From: Bugula neritina
Taxonomy: Eukaryota; Animalia; Bryozoa
Assembly: GCA_964035545.1 (NCBI GenBank)
Contig: OZ037765.1
Coordinates: forward strand, 12,472,698-12,536,697
Direction: 5' to 3'
Length of the DNA stretch: 64,000 nt
Of the stretch, positions 1-13,380 are shown piece after piece. The notes under the pieces were generated by a model. It searched no databases. It saw only the letters and a program-made list of their open reading frames with translations, and had not been told where the DNA came from. Position numbers and translations under genes: made by a program. Numbering within the stretch: position 1 is the stretch's first letter; the number at the start of each line of letters is the position of its first letter.

Positions 1-824
1 TAAATAAATAAAAAACTCCTTACACAGACCCAAGAAAATATAATATTGTAAACAACTTCCTTCTACACATAACATGACAAATCAACAGTGAGTGACACCA
101 CCATATTATTATTTCAACATCTTACTTTACTAAATTATTATTAAAAAAAATATTATTATTTTTATTATAATTATTACTATCGTTTTTACTATTATAGTTA
201 GTCGTAGAAGTCATCGTAGCAGTCGTTATTATTAAATTCCCTATATAGACAAAATGATTATTAGCTTACCTCTAATGAGTTCTAGTCTCTCCTCAGCTGA
301 AGTGATCTCAAAACACTTGAGTCTGGAACATTTGCAGTCCAGTCCTGTTACATGTTGAGAGACTCTTCTCTTCTTAGCAATGCTCTTTTGGCTACCTAAT
401 ACTTTTCTCTTTTTTGGCTTATCTGTAAACTGTGGGTGTTCACCTTCTTCACTACTACTGTTGCTAGCATTCATGTCTATTTAGAATGTGTTCTAACTCT
501 ATTAAACTGAAAAAAATGCTTTCTTCTCTAATCTTGCTGCACACAACACAAAAACTACCTCTGACTTCCTGTTTCACATGCGCACCGTCATTGGTCAATT
601 GTTATCACATGACTGGACATAAGTTATTTTTCTTTTGTGATGACTGGACATAGGTCTTTGTTGCTTTGGGGTGGGTTTCAAATCCAGCCTTAAAACCATG
701 GACAAAATTTGTTTTTCTCTTTGATAATTTTATGACTAAAACTTTAATACTTGAGCTATCCAAGGGAAGAAAAATCTCATTTTTTTTGAAAATGGACAAA
801 TGTCGTTTTTCTTTTGAGGTCTTC
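1..824 (-). mobile_element. Sola-like DNA transposon, 5' end (continues off the window)
   Basis: Minus-strand exon 474-270 (MNASNSS...GLDCKCSRLKCFEITSAEERLELIR) ends at a GTAAG donor and resembles the Cys-rich N-terminus of Sola-type transposases. A terminus-like ...GACAAATGTCGTTTTTCTTTTGAGGTCTTC is followed by ATAT (AWWT-type target). Family assigned from memory of motifs. Confidence 0.5.
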
Positions 825-837
825 ATATATATATAGG

Positions 838-840
<3 letters not shown>

Positions 841-914
<74 letters not shown>
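841..914. repeat. (AT)n microsatellite
   Basis: Pure AT dinucleotide run of about 74 bp. Confidence 0.98.
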
Positions 915-922
<8 letters not shown>

Positions 923-959
923 TTCAGATTGTTGAAGATATATATATTTTTTATTTAAA

Positions 960-1398
960 AAAATCTCACACGACTAAATAGTTTCGTGCAGTAAGCTGCA
1001 CTTGTCAGGTGTCAGACTAAAAATAAATAAATAAATACAATATATAAAGCATTCCGATTATAAAAGGATTAGACTATAAAAGCTAGTTATTCAATAGAAA
1101 AAAGCTAATTTATAATAGGTAATAAGTGCTTGAATTTTTATGTAACATTGCCCAAGTAGTGCTTTCGTGCATGTCTGCATGTGGATAAAATTTCATTCCT
1201 GTTATTAAGGGAAGATGTACTGGGCTGGTATACTATGAAATACTTTTCCCATAGGCAGAGGTTGCACCTTTTAGTAACTTTGTTGTATGAGTTAGTCTTT
1301 ATAACAACTCGAGCACTTATTACCTATTATAAATTTGCTTTTTTTATTGAATAACTAGCTTTTATAGTCTAATCCTTTTATAATCGAAATGCTTTACA
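960..1398 (-). mobile_element. Penelope-like element 3' fragment with inverted partial pLTR
   Basis: Minus strand 1310-1138 translates RVVIKTNSYNKVTKRCNLCLWEKYFIVYQPSTSSLNNRNEILSTCRHARKHYLGNVT* (CxLCxxEK...LNxRxE...CRH, a PLE endonuclease C-terminus). 1043-1132 and 1309-1398 are inverted copies. A hammerhead motif lies at 964-1016. Confidence 0.75.
964..1016 (-). ncRNA. Minimal type I hammerhead ribozyme motif (G8->A, probably inactive)
   Basis: Reverse complement: UCUGACAC-CUGACAA-GUGCAG(cuua)CUGCAC-GAAA-CUA(uu)UAG-UC^GUGUGAGA. Stems I-III pair, but the core is CUGACAA rather than CUGANGA. Confidence 0.75.
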
Positions 1399-3170
1399 CT
1401 TGACACTGCTTTTGGGCTGAGATAGTTTGCATGCATTTAGCGTTTGATTATTAAATTGTTCCTTCAGTTTATTCACATTAGTTAGAACTTCATTGGCAAA
1501 CTGTCCTGTTATGTCTTCAGGATTTTTTTCTAGAACAGCCTTTCAAGTCTTACAGCACTTTAGGGGTGTAGCTAGCTTTAAAATGTCCACGTTCCCATTT
1601 TTAAGCTGCCACTTTGTTTTGTGTTTGCTGAAACACTCTATGCATGATCCTGCTGATGGTGAAAGCTTTTTGAAGTCAACTAGTGCCTAACCTTTTTTTG
1701 CCTCTTCCTCTGTTGAAATAACTGGATTTTTTCATTAAATGACTTATTGTCTGTTTTCTATTTCTGTAGTCATTCTTTGTTGATGATTTGTTTATTATGC
1801 CATGTGTCAGCAATCCTGTTTTATAAGTAAGTTTCATTTTGCTTCATGGTACACACAGACTGAAGTTAGCCTGAAATAAATGCCAACAAAGACTTATTAC
1901 ATTTTGAAAGTAAACGGAAATTAGCCTGAAATATTCCCAACCTTGCCACATTTTGTATGTTGTGACTGCAATAAATTATACTTTCTCCCTATTTTTTTAA
2001 TGTTCATTAATTAAAAGTTTTGAAAAACAAATATTTTTATTCGTTTATGGGTAAATTCATGTTAGCTCTTGGTAGCACCACAGTTTCTATCTTGCATTAG
2101 CACTATTCAGGTAACTTTTCATTATTAGACAATCTGATTTCTTTAAGATGGCTTTTGTCAGCCTAAAGATATTATAATAAGTATAATTCACTCTGCCTAA
2201 TTCAGTCCAACAATGATTTTTGGTGCTGAAAAATATTTTATATCAAGCTCAAATGTTGGTTGCATTGTTGTTTTATTATATTCAAATACTTCATAAAAAT
2301 AGAAGCCTTTAATTACTAGTATTTTGGACACTGTTACAAGTTGCAAAGTTACCAATATTTTTGACAATGAATATTATCAGTTTATTCAATAATATTATTC
2401 ACTAATAGAACAAAAAATATAAGAGAGTATAAAATAACGAGTTTTCAATATTTGCTCTGCCTTCAAACAATTCATCATACTAGCAACTGAAATTATTCTT
2501 CTCGCCGGACAAAATTGTGAATATAGGACAAAAGTTTATTTGGAGAAATTTTCTATCTTTTACTTTAACCCTTTTGTTTTTTTTGTTTTGTCTTGTTCAA
2601 TGTTTAAATTTTTCTAAATGTATAAATATTTCTTTTCAAAAACCACAATATAGAGTATTTTCAAAATACTTTTCAGTAAAGTGTTTAACGCCCAACCACC
2701 ACTTGAAAGTTTCATGATTGAACAAATATTATGTTTACATGAAGACAATCTTCGTATGAAGTTCAAGCTATTTTCTCTAGTTTCAGTTCATATTTCATCA
2801 AGTATCTGGTAAAAAAGTATTTTCTCATCAATTGCTTTGTAAAAAGCTGGTGGAACCAAATTCTGCAATAATACGCCCAGCATTATTAGTATTTAGCTAT
2901 TCAAGGAATACAAAAAATATCGCAGGGCTCCTTTTTAAAAAAAAATGTGGAATGATGAGCTGGAATGATTAAGTAAATAATGCAGTCGCAGCCAGGATTT
3001 TACCTCACAGGCCTGTTACCACAATATGCTTTCTATTTGTTTGAAGATGTAATTAATAGGCCAACTTTCTTCTACAAACTTTCAGTAATGTGGTTGCAGC
3101 TCCTACTGCTTAGCAGTTGCGCAGTTTTATTAAACAAATTCATGCTGTAATAGGGTCATTTTATTTAATA

Positions 3171-3539
3171 TAGTACACACTGGAAATCTCTAGCTTTTAG
3201 CTATTTTTACAATTTAGCTGCTGATGGACATGGGTTTTTGTCTAAAACTGGTAAAATATCAATAAATACACCTAAATAATCAAGGTTCTTTTTAATTTTC
3301 ATGATTTTCCAGGCTTTTTCCTAATTATTCAGCTACTTTCAATTGCGGACTGTTACGGTTTTTTTCGCAATGGTCTGAATAAATAGGAAAAAAACATGGG
3401 AAATTAGGCAAAATTAAAAAGAACCTAGATTATTTAGGTGTATTTATTGATATTTTATTGGTTTCGGGCAAAAACCCATGTTCGTTGGCAGCTAAATTGT
3501 GAAAAAAAGCTAAAAACTGGAGATTTCCAGTGTGTACTA
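3171..3539. mobile_element. MITE with ~130-bp terminal inverted repeats
   Basis: TAGTACACACTGGAAATCTC at 3171 is a perfect inverted match to GAGATTTCCAGTGTGTACTA ending at 3539; the inverted similarity extends about 130 bp. Confidence 0.85.
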
Positions 3540-4800
3540 AGTTAAGTAAAATGACCCAATAAGAATATGTTTATTTGCCACCTGTAGTAGCAAGGTTCAA
3601 AATGCAAGCTCGCAAGCTGCTTATCATTGTCTTTCCATTGCTTTCCATTGCGCAAATTGGTGCTCGTATGGATGCGTTTGAGGTTGTGATTTTTTGAACT
3701 TATGGTTGTGCTTTCATTTGATCCAACTCTTTCCAAGCATCAAATCAAAATCCATTTGCATAATGGGAAGCTGGAAAATGTAATGTATAAGCCAACTCAC
3801 TTTTTGAGTTGTATAGTTATTCAAGCTGTCAAACTGTAGCGTCGCCACTAACTATAGATGAGTTGTACTGGTGTTGGTGTTAGTAACTTTATTTTTGCTT
3901 ATTCCAACTGCCGTCGGAGACTGTAAAAGTAGATTAATATATGCAATTATAATAGGTTTTTAAAATAAAACCAACAAAAAATTGTTCATGACGTAAAGTA
4001 TTCAAACATATCTACAGATTTTGGATTAATCACCTCTTGCATTCTTTTAGTGGCTAGCTAGGGTGAGTTTGACTCTAGGAAACGACATTGTAGGTCTACT
4101 GAAAATATTAAAGTTTATCATAAAAATGGCATTAAATGATAACTACCATAGACAAAGTTAAGTATTATATCAGTTAGGACAAGTAATAGTGCATGTATCA
4201 CATAAACAAAGATCAAACTTATATTCAAAGTCGACTTGAATTAGTAGTTGCAGTAAAATACTGTTATGAGTAAAAGTAAAACTTCAAGCTACCAATTAGG
4301 GTACTATCTTGTGACAAACTGATCAATAACTGGAGAGCCTGCCTTAAGAATTCATAATTTTATGAGAAATATATTATATAAAGTTAACGCATAGCAATGA
4401 ATTCTATCATGCACCGACCACACTGGCATTCCAAACTTGTTAAACTCCTAAACATGTTAAATAAACCAAATATTTGTTATTAAGTTGAAATAGATGAAAA
4501 TACTTAAGGAAAGGTTCAAACTATTACAAATACTGAAAAACAAAACTAAACTGTGCCTCTTTAAGTTAATTCCAATTCAAATTCATTTTTATATTTTGTT
4601 AATTATATCAATAAAATTAATTGTTATTGATGCGATGGAACTTGCATTGCTAGCGCGCTAATATTCTATTAGCTGTAGGTTCAACGTCTGCACTGAACAT
4701 CCGAGTTGCTAAAGCGTAAAGCCACAGCCAATGGGCGAGGGCATGCTGCTATTTAATTAATGAATTGAGAACAGTCATTGCGGAGGCCGGAATCAAGTGA

Positions 4801-5340
4801 TGTGATAACCTATTTGAGTGAAACGTTATGCTAAACGCAACGCTGATTGCTTAATAAACTGTTGGATATTCATTACGTTATGCTGCTTTTACAACTTGTA
4901 ATAACTTTACACTCCCCCCTTTGATTCGTCCTAGATTGGCAAATCAAAACCTGACACTGCGTCTACTGCATTACTTCTATGGAGTGACTTGGTCTCCCCA
5001 GGTAGCTAAGGTTAGATTTCAGTTTGCCGTTTTTATCTAGACTGTCAGCCAGGAGTAGTTGAACCTTTCGAACCTCTCGCCATCGTTTTCTTGGCGGGCG
5101 TAAACCAACACGGTGTTTGTAAATTGTTTCCTGTAGCAGAATGTTAGATTCCTCGTCTGAGATTGCCTCAGGATGGCCCTTACATAGTGTAGTGTCATTC
5201 ATGAAAACTGTATACTCCTGCATGAACTCTGGCTGCTTTGACGATTTCTGTTTTACCAAGAGGAACCTTTTTGTGTGGAATCAATTTAGTATTAGATATG
5301 CCAGGCTTCCACTTCAAGGGTAGGGGCATAGTGTAGATTC
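4801..5340 (-). mobile_element. BEL/Pao LTR retrotransposon 3' remnant
   Basis: ORF 4963-5259 ends VRKVQLLLADSLDKNGKLKSNLSYLGRP, like a BEL integrase C-terminus. It is followed by a purine tract AAAGGGGGGAG and TGTAAAG (LTR start at 4911). The far LTR end is uncertain. Confidence 0.55.
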
Positions 5341-5776
5341 CATCTTCTCGTTTGATGCCGTTATGACTACAATGCGAAGGGAAAAATTACAGGCACACAG
5401 TGTGATCTATGCACAATGCAAATCCAAGGCTATGTGAATTGCAGAGCTACAATGCACTGCAAGTACTGTTTTCCTACTAGTTTGTCTAGTTATGGTGACA
5501 TTGCAAACTCCCTGTTAATTGGTCAGTTTCCCACTGACAATAGGTATGAAAAGTAGCACACTAATTTATCACAAACAAACAATATTCAAAGTGATTCAAC
5601 TCAAATAGTTTAAATCAGCTCATCAAGTACTTTGATAATAGCTCAGGATAGTAAATTGCTCTTTCATAAGAGCTAGGGTAAAACAATTAAAATGACCTTT
5701 TGATTAGATTCCTCATTTAAAAACTTTTACTTGGACTTTACAGTAAACTAGCCTTATCAGCTTAATACTATATGAG

Positions 5777-6050
5777 ATATGGAGCAGGTGTGCTCAGCTG
5801 TCTCTCTAAGGAGTTTATTGCTGAAACTTCCTGGTGATTTGCTAAGATTCCTCAGGACAGGCCTCTATAGAATTATTTAGCTGTTGTCTCACAGATGGTG
5901 GATTTTCTTACTATATATGGAGCAGGTGTGCTCAGCTGTCTCTCTAAGGAGTTGATTGCTGAAACTTCCTGGTGTTTTGCTAAGATTTCTCAAGACAGGC
6001 CTCCATTGAATTCTTTAGCTTTTGTCTCACAGATGGTTGAGTTTCTTACT
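5777..6050. repeat. Two-unit tandem repeat, 138-bp period
   Basis: ATGGAGCAGGTGTGCTCAGCTGTCTCTCTAAGGAG... starts at 5779 and again at 5917. Confidence 0.9.
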
Positions 6051-6560
6051 GTAGCTGGAATAAGTAAAAATAAAGTTACTAACACCAACATTAGTACAAC
6101 TCATCTATAGTTAGTGGCAACGCTATGGCTATGTGTTTACTTTATAATATATTTTTCATAAAATTATGAATTCAAAAGGCAGGCTCTCCAGTTATTGATC
6201 AATTTGTCACAAGATAGTACCCTAATTGGTAGCTTAAACTATAAAACAATCTTTAGACAGTAAAAGTTAGCCTAGGAGTGTGCACTTTTTGATTATCCAA
6301 TGTGCTTCGAAAATAAATATTTTGCTTGAATCTATGTAAAGCTTTATCTTGGAGAACTAGTAAGTTTTTCTATAAAGAAAGTGATTGTTAAAATATATTA
6401 TATTAATAATTATTGCATTTTTTAAAGGTTTTCTAGTTGTTTTGTAATAATGTATTATTCTTAGTAATTTGTCTGAATACTTGTTATTTGGATTGTAATC
6501 GAAGGTTATATGCAAAAGATATTATAATATTATTTAATAATGGCATCTAAATAATTCCAG

Positions 6561-9500
6561 GTTTTTACCATTGAGCTTGGAGGCGTCAAGAGAGTGGTTA
6601 TATGTGGTTATGAGATCGTTCATGAAATCCTCTGTAAAAATGCAAATTTTTCAAGCAACAGAAAAACTGATTCTATGCCAAAACATCATTCCAAAATAGC
6701 AGAAGTAACACCAGGTAAAGACAAATGGGTAAACAGAACAAGTTTTGAAATTACAATCCAAAATTATAACTAGAAAAGCATTTATATAACCTGCAAATGA
6801 GTGCCTCTACCTGTAGATGCGTCACTAAAATAAAGTATCAGTCTAGTTTTCGTGGTTGCTCCGAATATGTTTTTACTCTATTATGCACGAGTTCATATTG
6901 TATTGAGTTCATTTAACATGAAGATTGAGGCATCTTTTTGGTTTGAAGAATTTATTGAACTAATTGCTTATGATTAGCAGGTTTTAAAATGGAAATATCT
7001 ATAAATATATTTTACTCTGTGCGACTTGGTTTATGGAGAACTAATATTGCTTGAATGCACTTAGTAATTGTCCACAGTAATAATGAGCTAAATTCTAACA
7101 GAATAAACAAATAAACAGAATTGGGTTATTGAGTTTCATTTCATTCATGCATTATCATCAATGATTAGTATTTAGTAAACAGTAATTCTTTACTGTTTAC
7201 TGGACTGCTGATTCCTGACTTGTAACACAAAAAACTTCTTTCAGCTAGTTTATAATAATTTGTTTCCAATTGTTAAAGCGGTAGGGGATAACTAAAATAT
7301 ATATAAGTATTTCAATACTTCATAAGTTATCTTTATGATGTCATTGGAATGGAACTGTTTCCACGCAATGATATTTTTTATCTATATTGAGTAAGTAAAT
7401 CCAACAATTTTTATGTTTTATAGGAATATTTTGGGCAGAATATCCACATTGGAAAACATTGAGATCGTTTGCTTTAAGCACACTGCGAGAAGAAGGAATG
7501 GGTAAATCTCATCTGGAGCCACGAATAATGCATGAAATACACGCATACATTGACCACTTTATCACACCTCATGTAGGCCAACCAATAAACTTGTCTGACA
7601 GCATCATGCTGGCTACAGCTAATGTGATAAGTTCCATGATACATGGACACAGAAAGAATTACACAGATGCCTTTTTTAAACTCTGGATGAAGCAATTCAG
7701 AGTTTCATTGGAAGCAGCTACAACGGCAGCCATAGCACGGAATATTCCATTTGCAGCATACTTTCCTGGTGATTTTACTGGTGAGTATAATGCAGGGTTG
7801 GGGTCAATTACATGTCAATGTAATTAATTACAATTACAATTACATGAAGATTTGTCAATTACAATTACAATTATAATTACAGTTAAAAAGTAATGTAATT
7901 AATTACAATTACAATTACATGGTAATGTAATTAATTACAATTACAATTACTTTTGTTCTCACAAGGAATAATCGGAAGTTATACAATGTCACTTCTGGGG
8001 TCCAACTACCAGAGGCAATGTTGACAGTGGTGAACCTCCTTTGTTCCCAATAGTGACACTATAGGGTCAATCCATGTCGAATCAACCAAATTTTAAGGGG
8101 TCCCACACTTTTGCTTCTCAGATTTTGCTCATATTTACACCAAACGGACCTACACATGTCCGTAGTACTATTCGTGAATATTTCTGACTTGACACGAAAA
8201 CTTTTTGAGAAATGACTACTTTTATGAACAAAAGTTGGTAAATATTTTAAGGAAAATTTGTGATTTATACTTTTAGACCAAGTTATAAACGTCTATATCT
8301 CGATCGTTTTTCTAGACTGAGCCTAAAATTTGATGTGGAGAATATTTAAAATTGTTTCAAAATTTACAAAAATTTGCCCATATTTAATTTTTTTCTCATC
8401 TATTTCTGCTTTGTCCTATTCGGGTAACAGGTAGCCCACATTCAATGGCTTGGAATATATGCACACGAAGTATTCTGTAGTATGTGTTGCTACTAGTGCA
8501 AATTGATATATATTATCAAATCGCCCGGCAAATTTTAAGTCTCTCTCTAGAAAAATGGTTAAGATATAGACATTTATAAATTGGTCTAAAAGTAAAAATC
8601 ACAAATTTTCCTCAAAATTTTTCCTCACCTTTGTTCACAAAAGTAGTCATTTCTCAAAAAGTTTTTCTATCAGACCAGAAATATTTAAGAAGAGTTCTCA
8701 GTACATGTGTAGGTTTATTTGGTGTAAATATGAACTAAAGTCTGATACACAAAGGCGCCAGCCATTTGGTGAGTTGGCATGGAATGACTCTATACTATAC
8801 TGACTTAATCTGAACTTGTTATTTAACAGTAGGCATGGTAGGAAAAGAAAGAACTTTTTAGGATTTAAAAGTTTGAAGTAATTGACATGTAATTATAAAG
8901 TAATTGTAAAAATCAATTACATTAGATATGTAATTAATTACAATTACAATTACATTTTTATACATCAATTACAAATTACATTCAATTACTTGAATAAATG
9001 TAATTAATTACAACCAATTACAATTACAAATTACAATTACCCCAACCCTGGTATAATGTGTTTGCTCATTGAAATATATTTAAAAGTTGAAATCTTGTTT
9101 GCTTTTTTTTCTGTTTGAAATGATAATAATTTCTTGTTAGGACTAATTTTTGTTAAAATATTTGTTTTCATAAAGCAAGACAAAAAACTAGGCTCTCAAT
9201 GAAGGCAGTCCCTAATGTTTTTTATTTGCAGTAAATACACAGGTTAGAGCATTGGAAACGCATTTTGTGTGTTCACTTCAACTTCTTGTAAATACAATAT
9301 TTATTGGTCTATTTTACATGCATATTTAATACCGAGCTATACTATGATTTCATAAGACCGTTTGTATTTAGGAGTAAAGGCTGATATAAAAGCTTCAGAA
9401 GTGACTATCCCAGAGGCCAGGAGGCAGGTTGAGACTCACAAGGCTAATTTGGATCCAAACAACCTGGTGACTTACATTGATAAGTTTCTATACCATGCTC

Positions 9501-12500
9501 AGAAGAAGAAAGGGGATGAAAACTTGTTCACAGGTATCTAGGTCACCAAGTTTTATAGAAACTGTGTACTTCGAAGCCCAAGACATTTTCATGATTATTC
9601 TGACATGATACCAATCAATACACTTTCACTGTTATTGTGATAAACTTTGTCTCCCATTCTGTTGAATGACCATAAACATTTTTTGAAACTGTATAACTAT
9701 CATTCAAGTTTCACTAGGTATTTTAATAAAATGGTAAAATTGGGCTGAACATTATTGGTATGATTTTGGGTTATGTCGACAATGTTAATTATATCCACCA
9801 GAGTATTTGATGTCAGTGAAAAATATCGGAACATATTTGCTCCTGTTTCAGGAAGAGAACATGCTCAAATCATGCTGCCTACAACATCCACAATACTCAT
9901 TTTCACAGAAACTGTAATTATCAACTGATCTGAGGCAATATCATGGAATCTTGAAAGTAGGTTAGAATAGACCCCTTTTCAGAGGTCCCCAGTGTGCCCC
10001 CCCCCCCCCCCCCTTGCAATTAATAGGTGTGTCCTCCCAAAATAAAAATTGTTGAAGAAAAAAACTTGAACTCATTTTTGTTGTTTTGGTTGCTGAGCAA
10101 TGCTGAAGTGGCACTTCTATAGCATAATTAGAATTTTAGTAGAGCCAAACTTTAAATTCTTAATGAGTTTGCTTTTTATACAAAAGTTCAACCTGTTCAC
10201 TTTCAGAGGACACAACTCTTGAATGTAAAAGCGATATCGGGGACTTCTGAAAAGGGTCTATCCTGTTTTACAGACATAATATCATAATGTTGCAGATGGG
10301 AATGCTGGAATGTCAATGCTGCAACTGTACATTGCTGGTACAGAGACCACATCAACAGCACTAACATGGGCCATGCTTTATATGTGTGCACACCCAGATG
10401 TACAGGTCAAAGTTCAAGAAGAAATAGACAGTGTCTTAGGTTAGCCAGTTAAGTTCTCCTTAATCAAATTGGTAAACCTTTGATAACTATGAATATTATA
10501 AATTAAGATCCTGCATATTAGTTGAAGCTTTTCACTGTCATTTTGCTTGAAGGAACAAATGAAGTGAGATATCAAGACCGATTCACCCTCCCATACACAG
10601 AGGCTGTAATTCTAGAAACCCTTAGGTTGGGAAATATTGCACCTATGGCATTGCCACACACATTGGAGGAAGAGTATACTATTGATGGCGAGGTAAGGAT
10701 TGTTAGATATTCTACTCAGTTCTCTGTAATCAGGAGGTATTTGATATATTTTGAATATTTTTATTATTCCATCACTTATTAATTGTGCTTAAAACCTTCC
10801 AATGTACTTATGGGATGACCAGTTGTTTTTATAATAGTTACTCATAAATTGCTACCAATTTTATACTTATGACTTTGCTAATTTTATGACATCACTATTT
10901 CTATGACATCATTAATCTCATGGCATTAATAGTTATTCCTATGATATTCCTTGTTCTCACACTTGGTTCTTAAAATTGAAGTCATCATCATAATGAAGTT
11001 TTTTGTCGTTTTGGCTTTAATATATACACTCTATAAGTCTGGGCGTTTAGAGTGATGTTTTCATTCAATAAAAATACTCTGTTTTAAATTTATGTTTAAT
11101 TCTCCAGTGGATGACCTGTATTAAGGAATTCTTGACCCACCCCATTTATTCGGTAATAAAGTATTTACACATATCTGAACTGTTATCTACAGGCTGTTTG
11201 AAGGTTGTATACTCAAACAATTTTGTTTTATAAAAATTATATGCAAACATGTCTTACCAATATAATAATGTAATGCCCTCTTCATTATAAAATCGTTGGT
11301 CAAACAGTACTCCATATATTCAGTGCTTGTGTTGAAAGCAGTTCAAAAAAATACATTTGATTGTAATTTTGCAGACATTACCTGCTGGTTGTGAACTAAT
11401 GATAAATATGGCTTCCTTACTGTGGGATGAGAAGGTCTTTGAAGAACCCAACAAGTTTAAACCTGAGAGATACTTGAATGGAGATGTGACTTTGAAGAAA
11501 AACAGAACACTTGCTTTTGGAACGGGTAAGTATTTTTCGTGTGCAAAAAATTGTTATGATTATAATTCCCCTCCAGGTCTTGAAGTTAAATTGCTATTAG
11601 ACATTACTCATAAATTGCTATGGATCTCAGTACAATTTTAACTACTCATTTATTTATAACACATTTAGATATTTTTAATACAATTACCGTCGGCATGGCT
11701 CACAAATTAAAACTGAACCTCCAATTAATATACATATATGTTTCATTGTATAATCCTGGAGACTGAACCCATGGTTATATTCCATATGTTTGTGATAGGC
11801 TTTAGATGTGTGTTTAAAATTGTTTTAGTTACCTAAATTAAGAATACATTGTAAATAAGAGATCGCACTAAAAAGAACAAAAACAATCTACGCTTGCTGT
11901 TACTGACATGAATTCACAACACGAGTGAAGCCTCAAAAGTGGCAGTGTAATAATCACTTTGCTCTTTTACCATGTTTTGTTTTATAGTCTGAAAACAAAG
12001 ATGTAGCTATTGCACACAAAATATAAAGTGTGGTATTTAATCTCTATTTTGATATATATTTCTTTTGCATCATCTTCCTAAACTATTCTTGGTTGAAGCT
12101 GCTGTGCCATAAATAATTACATATCTGGTGGCTGGTGTAGACAGATGTACATTTCTTATTCACCTGAAAGCATATTATGTGAACCTTTTGGTACACAACT
12201 AACCTATCTAGTCCATTTCTTTTCAACTCAAAATAAAATAATTGAGCCAAGTGTTATCTTTATATGTAATCTAATGCTGAATAATTTACTCTTCCATCAG
12301 CACTTATATGATAACTTTTCTGTTATCTACAGGAAGAAGAGCCTGTCTGGGTGAAGGTTTAGCAAGGATGGAACTCAGTCTATTCTTTACTACATTCATG
12401 CAGAGGTTTAAAGTCAGTTTACCAACTGGCCACATACCGAATCTAAATGGTGTATGTTCTATTGTGAATGCACCGGCAAAGTTCACAGTTATTTTTACTA

Positions 12501-12508
12501 AAAGATGA
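6561..12508 (+). CDS. Cytochrome P450, clan 2 / CYP2-like, copy 1 (exons 2-8; first coding exon not found in window)
   Basis: GT-AG exons 6561-6714, 7424-7780, 9372-9533, 10296-10439, 10553-10692, 11375-11525 and 12333-12508 join in frame. Motifs: WKTLR (WxxxR), AGTETT (I helix), ETLR (ExxR), PERY, and FGTG|RRACLGE (haem Cys). AATAAA near 12744. Confidence 0.95.
7793..9050. mobile_element. Non-autonomous hAT element with (AATTAC)n subterminal arrays, in CYP copy 1 intron 3
   Basis: TIR CAGGGTTGGGGT / ACCCCAACCCTG; perfect 8-bp TSD GTATAATG (7785-7792, 9051-9058); absent from copy 2. Confidence 0.92.
8064..8790. mobile_element. MITE nested in the hAT element
   Basis: GGGTCAATCCATGTCGAATCAACCAAA versus inverted TTTGGTGAGTTGGCATGGAATGACTC; long imperfect inverted arms; flanked by TATA/TATA. 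Confidence 0.8.
9969..10259. mobile_element. MITE (AT TSD, ISL2EU/Harbinger-like) in CYP copy 1 intron 4
   Basis: AGACCCCTTTTCAGAGGTCCCC ... GGGGACTTCTGAAAAGGGTCT, flanked by AT/AT. The empty site is visible in copy 2 (TTAGAATTCTGTTTT, ~57676-57690). Confidence 0.85.
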
Positions 12509-13380
12509 AATTATACACAGTGTGTTATGCTGCAATGCTTAAGACTTACCAGTAGGAGTTTTCACATTAATTGATACTAGCTCATTTTTATCAAGTATTT
12601 TTCTTAAAACCATAATTTGATGTAAATATAATATAATCTTATTTTTTGTGTTGTTAACTATTCATTCGTATTCTATTCTGTGATAAATAATTTCAAATAA
12701 CAGGTGAATTGATTTAATAAAAGAATATTTTTTCTGAAATTGAAATAAAACATTAATCCATATAATCTATTTGACACTTTGACTTTTAAACGTATGACAA
12801 TAGTCTAGGCGCAGTGTGAAAATTTAGGTTTTCCATAAAAATTTCTAAAGACAATATTTAATGTGTATTACTTTTAAGCTTTATATAAGTTATAATACAT
12901 TGTGTAAACTTAAAAATAATACATGGCAGTATATTTAGGAAAGGCATATACAATGCATAAAATAAAAAGTTATGCAATTTGCTTAAAGTAACATATACAT
13001 ATAATATGTATAAAAACCTGATGTATTAAAACTCGTACATTTAAACAAAATAAGATGCAATCGGTCCTTCCAGCTCCTCAAATTGACTACAACTTAAGAT
13101 TGGTATTTTGACAACCACACAATTCTGCTAATATAATAATATAGACAACAATTTCATTAATTTTCAAGTAATGCATTACAATATTATAGTAATATTTTGA
13201 TAAGAAAAATACTAACATATTAGTATAATAAATTATATTGCAAATTTCACAATTTCTGGAATGCAGCTATGAATGCAAAAATTTCAACTTTGTTGAGTGC
13301 AACGTCACTACTTTGCTTGTTAACTTTGTTGTTACTTGTGAATTTTGCGGAATCCTATCTTCTCTATTATAACTGTCATA

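Larger units (their letters stand above)
3836..6236. repeat. Two interleaved inverted-repeat pairs (probable rearranged DNA-transposon ends)
   Basis: 3836-3910 is inverted relative to 6051-6125, and 4287-4378 is inverted relative to 6143-6236. Confidence 0.7.

Noticed and set aside
1-6560. First coding exon of CYP copy 1
   Set aside because: I found no sequence similar to 43126-43353; it is presumed upstream of the window, so copy 1 cannot be called complete or pseudogenised.
7820-9040. (AATTAC)n arrays as a CRISPR or telomere-like repeat
   Set aside because: No unique spacers or cas genes; they are subterminal repeats of a hAT element bounded by TIRs and an 8-bp TSD.
9997-10013. Poly-C run as a functional G-quadruplex/i-motif
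   Set aside because: Simple homopolymer inside a MITE; its length is unreliable and nothing else supports a function.
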